64,000 nucleotides of DNA, from the NCBI RefSeq assembly GCF_963676685.1, contig NC_092350.1, positions 57,040,001 through 57,104,000 on the forward strand, given 5' to 3'. Numbering within the stretch: the first letter of the stretch is position 1; every line of letters begins with the position of its first letter. The notes below the pieces were generated by a model. That model had not been told where the DNA came from. It saw nothing but the letters and a program-made list of their open reading frames with translations, and did no database searches. Of the stretch, positions 13,456 through 24,122 are shown in pieces. The position numbers and the translations under genes were made by a program. The DNA comes from Mytilus edulis. Taxonomy: Eukaryota.

Positions 13456-15240
13456 TTACTAAAAGAAATTATGAATGATTCAATATTTAGTTTGAGAAAT
13501 TTAAAATGTCATTGAATGGTTATGTATCAATATGTGTTTTACAACTTGTTAATTGTTTTTGTATGATTTTTTTATTACCTTTCTTCGTGATAATAAAGCA
13601 GGTAATTGTTGCTGTTGATGCCCTTTTTGCATTGTTTAATATATTTTAGACCTGAAGAAGGCATGGTATGAAAATAAGCTTCAGATTTTAATGATTTGCT
13701 TTCTTTTGACTGTAAGTTGTTCAAGCAATAGTGTGCCTAAATACTTGCAAAAAGTAACTTTGGAAAATATAAAAAAAAAATTGTTTAATTTCCAAGGGAA
13801 TATATAAGTAAATTATTAAATACAATATTTTTTGTATAATGCTAGTTAAAAAATTTCAAACTATTCAAAACTGTTAGCAATTTTAATTTATGAAATAGTT
13901 TGTTTCAATAGCAACCATTTTAAAATTATATCATTAACAAGAATGAATCAAATATGTATTGCTGTTTATCTCTCTCGATTAGAGAATATCTCAATATGTC
14001 ACGTACAATTTTGTAAGAAAACATTACACATTTATTAAGTTGAAAGAAAACTGTATGGTTTTTTTTTCTATTTTCTATTCATTTTTCTTTTTGACATAAT
14101 CTATGTAATTGTGCATTTCTGACTTGAATGTAAATATGTTATTTTGAAGATGTGGTACAAAATTGAAACTGTCTAATCCTTATATGCTGCAGTTTTTCAC
14201 AAGTATACAAATTGCGGTATTGAATTAAACATTTTGAGATTGAATTGGATTGTTAAAACGAGCAGAAGCGCTGATTAACATGGTACTTTTAATTTGTTTA
14301 AATAATACGATTTAACAATCAAGCAATAACAAATATCAAAATCCACCTAATATCATTTAAGTACAATTTAATTATTTATAGAAAAGCAATAACTTTTTTT
14401 CGTTTTTGGGGGTCTGTATCGTTCTTTTTTATTCAGTTTTGTTTTATACTTTCGTTCTACCTCTCATTAAAAGTAGTGACAAAATAAAAAAGGATAATGA
14501 TGTGTACCTTCCACTACATCAACGGTGTGTTACATATTACAGAAAAGTAATTTATTGTCTACATTAAATAAAGTACACAAATAAGTGATGAGATACAACA
14601 ACATATCTGTCTTCTTGATTTTTCATTCAAAATAATCGTTCTTTTACATTCAACTATAAACACACGTAATTATGGTAATGAATTAATGACTTGTACATCA
14701 CACTAATGACGATGCAACACCGATAATAGTTGCATATGGTTAAAAAGATTTATGTATCCGATTGTAAAAGTATAGCATACACAAGTGCAGATTAGTCATC
14801 TTGAAAAGTTAGTCAAATTAATTGGATTATCAATTATCATAGTTTCCCGATTATCGTATTGCCTCAACATTGTAACAACAGATGACAAGGAGATGTAGAC
14901 ATGATAGATAGGGTTGTCATTCATTAATCTAACATATATGACATTAACGTTGCATTATTTTACTATAATTGTACACAATGAAGCTGACGTTGCCCTTTGA
15001 TGACTCTTACAGAATTAAGATTGTGTTGGTACAAATGGCGGAATAACCTGAAAAAAATAAATATTTGTATTTTCCCGCGGTTCGTATAGTGAAGCGGGAA
15101 ACTATTGTATTGTCGTTACGTTTTCATAAATATTCATAAGGCATGACAAAATTGACCAATCAGAAGTCGAATGTTGTCTTACGATATAGTTGTGTTTTTC
15201 AAGCGCTTCACTTTCTAGCCAGTTCAACATAGTCAGCTGC

Positions 15241-15930
15241 ATGGACGCTGATATTCAACACACTATACGTGCTGAAGTGCATAATGCGGTACAAAACACC
15301 CAAGAACAGTTATTGGACAATATGACAACTTTACTAGAGTCTCGTTTAGACGGTTTCCAAAGAAGAATCCAGGAAAACCAGAAATCCTTGTCTGACACAC
15401 AGATAGCCAAGATAGATGAAAGTATGCCCGACACATATAAGTTCCGCAAAAGAGGTAATGAAGAGCAGTACAAACATAACCACAAAGTATTCGTGAAGAT
15501 GAGGGAGGCCACAACCGAGATGGAAGCAGACAAATATTAACAACGCGAAACGGAAGATAACTGAAGGTATGGACATTATGAAGAACAGACAAAAGTTAAT
15601 CAAATTAGCTGATTCGTCAGACGCAGGGTGGCGGGTAGTAGCTGAGTATATTGCTAATCCTTTGGCTGAGAATTCCGAGAACGAAAGGAAAATGTACAAG
15701 GCACAGTCACGGGCAGATACCAAGATGAAAAAAGAAAAACTAAAAAAAACGTACAGACCAAAGGACAACACCATACAACAAAACAACGACATCAAATTCT
15801 ACGGGAAGTCAGTCGATACCTGTTAATGTCAGCAGTGGATTTGGAAGACCTGGGAGATGCTTTTATTGTCATTAGAGTGGGCATTGGATAAGACAGTGTC
15901 CAAAGTCACAACAGAACAAAAGAATAAGAT
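15241..15930 (+). pseudogene. DIRS gag-like ORF, frameshifted, with disrupted CCHC knuckle
   Basis: Motifs YKFRKRGNEEQYKHN and RQKLIKLADSSDAGWRVVAEY..PLAENSENERKM; CFYCH*SGHWIRQC at ~15858-15900. Confidence 0.8.
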
Positions 15931-16049
15931 AAGTATAAATAGTACTTACAATTTTAGTCGCATAGAATCGAGCGCACCTCTGTTGTGTAAACAAATATCA
16001 GCTGCTTTTAAATCAATGAAAAGTACACACACTAATGTATGTCAAGGTA

Positions 16050-17970
16050 ACGGTACAGGTGTAGGGTATTTAAAAGAAAAGGTAGATTCTTGGAAAGAGA
16101 TGGGTGCTACAAATTTTGTTGTTGATATAATAGAAAACGGGTATAAAATACCATTTAGCACAGTACCTCTAGAAACAGAATTAGAAAACAATAAAACTGC
16201 ACGCGACAACTCTTATTTTGTCGCCGATGAGATAGAAAAACTTTTAGAAAAAGGTTGTATACGTCGAGTGAAAAGTAAACCTCACGTTGTCAATCCATTA
16301 ACCGTAGCAAATAATAAAGGCTCAAATTTAAGATTGGTTTTAGATGCGAGGCATTTAAACCCACATATTGTAAAATTCAAACACAAGTATGAAGACGCAA
16401 CAACTGCCAGACAGTTGTTTGAGAAGGGAAACTATGTATTTTCCTACGATTTAAAAAGTGAATATCACCACATAAAATATGTCAAGCAGATACAACATTT
16501 TTAGGTTTCAAATGGGCAAATGAATACTATGAGTATAATGTTTTGCCATTTGGGTTATCCTCTAGTGGGTATATATTTAGCAAAGTAATGAGAGAGATCG
16601 TTAAACATTGGCGAGGTAGAGGCATGAAAATTGTTATGTATTTGGACGATGGCCTAGGTGGAGGTAACGGTTTTGAGTGTGCTTTAGAATCAAGTAAAAC
16701 AATCAAATCCGATTTAGAAAGGTTTGGATTTGTTTTGGCACATGAGAAATGCAACTGGTTGCCAGTTCAAACGTTAGAATGGTAAGGTTTTTTATGGGAC
16801 ATGTCGGAAGGGGTTTTAAGACTCACAGAGAAACGCATAACTAAATTGAAAGGCACTTTGGTTATTTTCATTTACCAGTTTAGAAGTGGTATTAGGCTAT
16901 TCAGAGTAAAATGTGTGGCCAGTATTGTAGGCCAAATCATATCTATGCAGGCAGTATTAGGTGATCAGGCACGATTAAGAACTAGATATTTATATGAATC
17001 TATATTGTATAGAGCAAGTTGGAATGCTAAAGTACTAGTTAGTACAGAAGCACTTAAAGAGTGCACATTTTGGTTACAAAATATAAGTAGTTTAAACGAG
17101 ACAGGATCTCAATTGTGTCAGTTGACATTTAATGAAGATCAAGATTATCACTTGTTCTGTGATGCATCTGGCAAGGGTTTTGGTGGTCATTTGACCGCAG
17201 GTTCAAAGGACGAATCATTGGAAATGTTTGGAAGTTGGTCAGTAAATGAACAAAACAAAAGCTCAACTTGGCGAGAGCTAGTAGCAGTAAAGAGAGTAGT
17301 ACACAATTTTACAAATGTAATGAAGGATTAGATTATCCGGGTATACACAGATAACAAAAACGTAACGCACATACTCAGGGTCGGAGGCCGAAAAGCATCA
17401 CTACATGAAAACGTGATGCAAATATATGAAATTTGTAAGAATCAATCAATTAAATAAAGTTCTATTTGGATTCCACGCGAACAAAACACACACGCTGACA
17501 TTTTAAGTAGACGGTCAGATTGTGATGATTGGGAGGTACAGGCCGAAATATTTACATATCTTGATCACTTGTGGGGTTCTCATAACGCCGATAGGTTTGC
17601 ACATGACAACAACACCAAGTGTAAGCATTTCAATTCAAAATATTAGTGTCCAGGAACATCAGGTATTGACGCTTTCACAGTTGACTGGAAAGGTAAAAAT
17701 AATTGGCTTGTACCACCACCAAATTTGATTCCTAAAGTGTTAAACAAATTAAAACAAGAAAAGTGCAATGCTACTTTAGTTATACCAGAGTGAACCTCTG
17801 CACCATACTGGCCTATGCTAATAGATGAGAAAGGGAACATGAAAGCTTTCATAGTTGCACACATTTTCTTTCAGGGAGAAAACTTGACCAAGGAAAGCCG
17901 CGGTCAGAGCGGTATATTTGGACAACAATTTTTGAAATTTAGATTGATTGGTTTAAGAATACAATTTTAG
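16050..17970 (+). pseudogene. DIRS pol: reverse transcriptase, RNase H and adenine-methyltransferase-like domain, disrupted
   Basis: Motifs LRLVLDARHLN, DLKSEYHH, LPFGLSSS, MYLDDG, FCDASGKGFGG, SSTWREL, YTDNKNV, WIPREQN, DRFA, NNWLVPPP and PEW.SAPYWP; several stops and frameshifts. Confidence 0.88.
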
Positions 17971-18091
17971 ATCAAAATATTTATGATAATTCTCTTTTTT
18001 AATAGGGACCAAATTAGATCGTACAGTAAAGGAGGCCATTAGAAATAGCGGCATCGAAGGTGACAGTTATCTTTATGAGCTTTATCCAAAA

Positions 18092-19016
18092 ATGTGCGAA
18101 CTTTTAATAAACAGCAGAAGTGACAACACAGTCAAATCTTATTTTAATGCTTTTAAAAGATGGGAACGTTTCATATCCCTCCATGGACATGCTGCTTTAC
18201 CAGCTCAACCAGTGCACGTCGCACTATACCTTACAGACTTAGTTAACAACTGTTCCACTTATCATGCGGTATATCATGCAATATATGGTATAAAATGGGC
18301 ACACGAAATCAACAGTTTAAAAGATCCTACCACGAACACTTATGTTAATTCAATACTAGAAGCGTCTAAAAGAGTTGCGCCAAAGAAGACTAACAAGAAA
18401 GATCCAATTACTACAGACGTTTTGATAGAACTTTGTGATAATTTCAAAAATTGGTCTTACCTACTTGTGTTAAGAGATTTGACTATGATGCTACTTTGTT
18501 TTGCAGGTTTCCTTAGATACGATGAACTTAGTTCTTTGCGTTTCCTTGACATTGATATACAAGATTCTTTTCTGATTTTACATATAACTAAGAGCAAAAC
18601 TGACCAATACAGGCAAAGCAATGAGGTTATAATAGCAAACGGTTCTACAATCGCATGTCCCTTTAATATGTTAGTTAAATACACACGTTTGGCTGGTTTT
18701 AGTAGTCACGAGAATACATTTTTATTTCGTCCTATCTACAGGTCAGGAGAGTTATGTAAATTGATAATAAGGATAAGAAACTCAGTTACACGGCGGCTAG
18801 GGAGTGTCTTCTTAAGAGAATTAGAATTATTCGTCATGTCTGTAACATAGGTCTTCACTCGTTCAGATCAGGTGGTGCCACAGTGGCTGCTAACGCAGAC
18901 GTTAGCGACAGGTGTTTGAAAAAACACGGCAGATGGAAATCTGACTCGAGTAAAGATGGTTATATCGTAGACTCCATAGAAAAACGTTTGAAAATTTCTC
19001 AAGTTTTAGGTTTATA
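18092..19016 (+). pseudogene. DIRS tyrosine recombinase, frameshifted
   Basis: FAGFLRYDEL and KSKTDQYR, then in a shifted frame GLHSFRSGGAT...KKHGRWKSDSSKDGY (R-K-H-R-H-Y catalytic set). Confidence 0.9.
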
Positions 19017-19865
19017 GTTTCATATTTGGGATCGTGTACCCTTTCTTTGTATATTTCTATCACGTTCGACGGGCTGTCGGCAAATTCATATTTGTGTTTT
19101 AGTTATATTTAGTTATGGAGTAGAGGCAATACTTGTATTTTCTCGCGGTTCGTATAGTAAAGCGGGGAAATATTGTATTGTTGTTACGTTTTCATAAATA
19201 TTCATAAGGCATGACAAAATTGACCATTCAGAAGACGAATTTTGTGTTACGATATATTGGTGTTTTTCAAGCGCTTCACTTTCTAGCCGTCGTTCAACAT
19301 AGTAAGCTCCGATTGCAATTAAAGTTGTTTTTTCTGATTTACTATTCGTATATGTATTTGCTAATTAAAAGTGTGGTCCGCCACTTTTATCCGGAGATAG
19401 GCTCGAGCATTGGCACGGATACAGGTTTCCATTCATATTCATATATCATGTGAACGATTGTTGGTTTTTCCTGGACGGCCTTGACTATCTATGAAGGGTA
19501 AACATTCAGAAATTTAAGCGAATACACTGTGGGCACATTGATATTTGAAATATTGTATATATATATATGTTTTAATAATTGTTAAAATGTGTACTGTTGG
19601 AAATTATTTGAGATACAAATTAAATACGGCGTCTATCACGTTCGACGGGCTGTCGGCAAATTTATATTTGTGTTTTAGTTATATTTAGTCATGGAGTAGA
19701 GGTAATACTATCTTTTTCATGTTTTTGTATGCATTATTTTTCACGCTATCGCTGTTTTCTTCTTTTTTTTCAGTACAAAAAAATGTTAGCATCTTTTAAT
19801 TTGTATTTTCCTAAACGTCTAAACGTCAGAAGAATAATAAATAATTATGGTATTATAATATAAAC

Positions 19866-22235
19866 GGTATTAGGCTATTCAGAGTAAAATTTGTGGCCAG
19901 TATTGTAGGCCAAATCATATCTATGCAGGCAGTATTAGGTGATCAGGCACGATTAACAACTAGATATTTATATGAATCTATATTGTATAGAGCAAGTTGG
20001 AATGCTAAAGTACTAGTTAGTACAGAAGCACTTAAAGAGTGCACATTTTGGCTACAAAATATAAGAAGTTTAAACGAGACAGGATCTCAATTGTGTCAGT
20101 TGACATTTAATGAAGATCAAGATTATCACTTGTTCTGTGATGCATCTGGCAAGGGTTTTGGTGGTCATTTGACCTCAGGTTCAAAGGACGAATCATTGGA
20201 AATGTTTGGAAGTTGGTCAGTAAATGAACAAAACAAAACCTCAACTTGGCGAGAGCTAGTAGCAGTAAAGAGAGTATTACACAATTTTACAACTGTAATG
20301 AAGGATAAGATTATCCAGGTTTACACAGATAACAAAAACGTAACGCACATACTCAGAGTCGGAGGCCGAAAAGCATCACTACATGAAAACGTGATGCAAA
20401 TACATGAAATTTGTAAGAATCAATCAATTAAATTGAGTTCTGTTTGGATTCCACGTGAACAAAACCCACACGCTGACATGTTAAGTAGACGGTCAGATTG
20501 TGATGATTGGGAGGTACAGGACGAAATATTTACATATCTAGATCACTTGTTGGGTCCTCATAACGCCGATAGGTTTGCACATGACTACAACACCAAGTGT
20601 AAGCATTTCAATTAAAAATATTGGTGTCCAGGAACATCAGGTATTGACACTTTCACAGTTGACTGGAAACGTAAAAATAATTGGCTTGTACCACCACCAA
20701 ATTTGATTCCTAAAGTGTTAAACAAATTAAAACAAGAAAAGTGCAATGCTACTTTAGTTATACCAGAGTGGACCTCTGCACCATACTGGCCTATGCTAAT
20801 AGATGAGAAAGGGAACATGAAAGCTTTCATAGTTGCACACATTTTCGTTCAGGGAGAAAACTTGACCAAGGAAGGCCGCGGTCAAAGTGGTATATTTGGA
20901 CAACAATTTTTGAAATTTAGATTGATTTGTTTAAGAATACAATTTTAGATCAAAATATTTATGATAATTCTCTTTTTTAATAGGGACCAAATTAGATCGT
21001 ACAGTAAAGGAGGCCATTAGAAATAGCGGCATCGATGGTGACAGTTATCTTTATGGGCTTTATCCAAAAATGTGCGAACTTTTAATAAACAGCAGAAGTG
21101 ACAACACAGTCAAATCTTATTTTAATGCTTTTGAAAGATGGGAACGTTTCATATCCCTCCATGGACATGTTGCTTTACCAGCTCAACCAGTGCACGTCGC
21201 ACTATACCTTACAGACTTAGTTAACAACGGTTCCACTTATCATGCGGTATATCATGCAATATATGGTATAAAATTGGCACACGAAATCAACAGTTTAAAA
21301 GATCCTACCACGAACACTTATGTTAATTCAATACTAGAAGCGTCTAAAAGAGTTGCGCCAAAGAAGACTAACAAGAAAGATCCAATTACTACAAACGTTT
21401 TGATAGAATTTTGTGAAAATTTCAAAAATTGTTCTTACCTACTTGTGTTAAGATATTTGACTATGATGCTACCTTGTTTTGCAGGTTTCCTTAGATACGA
21501 TGAACTTAGTTCTTTGCGTTTCCTTGACATTGATATACAAGATTCTTTTCTGATTTTACATATAACTAAGAGCAAAACTGACCAATACAGGCAAAGCAAT
21601 GAGGTTATAATAGCAAACGGTTCTACAATCGCATGTCCCTATAATATGTTAGTAAAATACACACGTTTGGCTGGTTTTAGTAGTCATGAGAATACATTTT
21701 TATTTCGTCCTATCTACAGGTCAGGAGAGTTGTGTAAATTGATAATAAGGATAAGAAACTCAGTTACACGGCGGCTAGGGAGTGTCTTCTTAAGAGAATT
21801 AGAATTATTCGTCCTGGTTGTAACATAGGTCTTCACTCGTTCAGATCAGGTGGTGCCACAATGGCTGCTAACGCAGACGTTATTGACAGGTGTTTGAAAA
21901 AACACGGCAGATGGAAATCTGACTCGAGTAAAGATGGTTATATCGTAGACTCCATAGAAAAACGTTTGAAAATTTCTCAAGTTTTAGGTTTATAGTTTCA
22001 TATTTGGGATCGTGTACCCTTTCTTTGTATATTTCTATCAAGTTCGACGGGCTGTCGGCAAATTTATATTTGTGTTTTAGTTATATTTAGTCATGGAGTA
22101 GAGGTAATACTATCTTTTTCATGTTTTTGTATGCATTATTTTTCACGCTATCGCTGTTTTCTTTTTTTTTTCAACACAAAAAAAATGTTAGCATCTTTTA
22201 ATTTGTATTTTCCTAAACGTCTAAACGTCAGAAGA
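19866..22235 (+). mobile_element. Tandem partial duplicate of the DIRS 3' half (RNase H/MT/YR) plus downstream flank
   Basis: Starts at the sequence matching 16888 (ggtattaggctattcagag). ORFs 19893-20615, 20703-20948 and 21070-21828 are near-identical to copy 1. It has a single B repeat (22035-22111), followed by flank matching 19710-19835. Confidence 0.9.
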
Positions 22236-23430
22236 GAAAAATCTAAATAATAAATAATGTCCAATTTTTATTTAAATTCACGTTATTAACACATCAAACA
22301 CTAAAATGATGGTTACAATATCATCACAAACCTAACATACACGCCACAGGTAATCTCTTTTTCACTGCAAATTACATGTGTTAGTGGGATCCCAATTATC
22401 CCGTAACATGGGACAGTATTCTGACAGTGATGCATCAGTACACCAAAAGTAGGAACCAAACAAATCAGTTAACAAAAAGGTTCAACAATGGTTTTTACGG
22501 TTTACTTTAACAAATCGTGACTTGGATAGAGAGTTGTCTCATTGGCACACATACCACATCTTCTTATATCTATAAACTCATCAGATGGCTTCAAATAGAA
22601 ATACCTATAACTAAAAAACATAGAGTGGAATTGGCCAGGTATTTGTGGATCCCAAAAGCAAAAATACACTTAGCCCACCAATCGGTAAGGGAGTTTTTCG
22701 GTGTGTTGGAGAATTATTGAAGGCCTTTTGTTGGTGTTCTTTGAACTTGTTGATCACTCTCTGACGCACTCCCTGTTTTCATGCTATTTTTAATCAATAC
22801 AACCTTCAATCGGGAGTTCACCTTTGCATGCGATTGGTACAGGTGAAAAACTGCGATTCGTATCTTGATCAGACGCATTTTTTAAAGCACCGAAACATGT
22901 ATCGAAACCACTGTGAATAGAGTGCTCAATATTGAAATTATGGGTTTAATTCAAATATGTACCCGTTTGCCAAACTAATCAGATACATTTATACCAGTGA
23001 TGTGAACAACTCTGAACTCTTGATTACCCGCAAAAAGTAGTTATCATATCTATGCTCTTGTGTATTACAAAAAAATAAAGTAACAAAAATATCAAAATTT
23101 CAAAGACAATTTAAAACACAAACTTTCTATCCAAAGGGCAAAACGATGTGCCCAAGCACATCAAACGAGTGCATGGAAAACTAAAAACATACAAATGTCT
23201 TGGTAATGTAGAAAATGGTGGTTTAAATCGGGTTTATAGCTAAAAATGGCCTTGTATTAAAAAACTTTAGTTCGAAAGAAATGAAAATATTGGCATTCAC
23301 ATCACAAAAAATAAATTTCATTTTTTATTATTTGAAATCATGTTTAACAAATACTACTTTTTACGATTCAACATCTCTTGGATCTGTCTCATCAAGGTTG
23401 ATAGTACTTGTAAATGGTGGATAGACATAC

Positions 23431-24081
23431 TCATTTTCCGTATGATGCACGGATGCATTCTCCGTACTGGCAATCATAACCATTACAACAAGGATTATAG
23501 TCGCAAGATACTGTACTACAGCCTGATATACTTCTTTTTCCACGACTAAAACATAAAAAATGTAATAATGTATATTTGATGCATACCACATTGGCTTTCC
23601 TTAATCATTTTATTGGTGGGATTGTTGTTTATTCAGTGAAAACGAATAATATGTTGTACGATGAGATATTTCACAATTTATATGTAATGTTCTTAATTAC
23701 AAGTAGAAATTATTCATATAAAATTAACGATTTTTTAAAGCAGGTAAAAGCGTAATATATATATATACATATATACAACTCGTCTAAACATCAACCCAAC
23801 AATGTTAGATCTGTAAATTTGCTTTCGCAAATTTTTGGTTCTTCCCTCGCCGGGATTCGAACCCATGCTACTGTGATATCGTGACACCAAATCGCCTGCA
23901 CTGCAGCCGTCCCGCTAGACCACACGACCACCTGGGCTCTCAAAAAAGAGCTTTCGGTGGCCATATGTTACCTTTCCACGTCAGTTTTAATCTAGCGGCG
24001 TACTACAGTACATGATATATAAGGCATATATATATATATATCAGCGCCCTCGTGGGGAAAATCGTTGACTACTATACAGAC

Positions 24082-24122
<41 letters not shown>

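Larger units (their letters stand above)
15065..19709 (+). mobile_element. DIRS-order tyrosine-recombinase retrotransposon, PAT-like (split direct repeats), decayed
   Basis: Gene order gag - RT/RNase H/methyltransferase-like - YR. Repeats A1 (15065-~15238), B1 (19056-19133), A2 (from 19134) and B2 (19632-19709) give A1-ORFs-B1-A2-B2. Confidence 0.9.

Noticed and set aside
23340-23591. Track ORFs 23361-23591(-) and 23340-23549(+)
   Set aside because: Wrong frame or strand over the real Cys-rich exon 23545-23431.
23775-23940. Functional tRNA gene
   Set aside because: The A-B box spacing is long, no clean cloverleaf is evident, and three dispersed copies share a non-tRNA tail beside (TA)n, so it is SINE-like.
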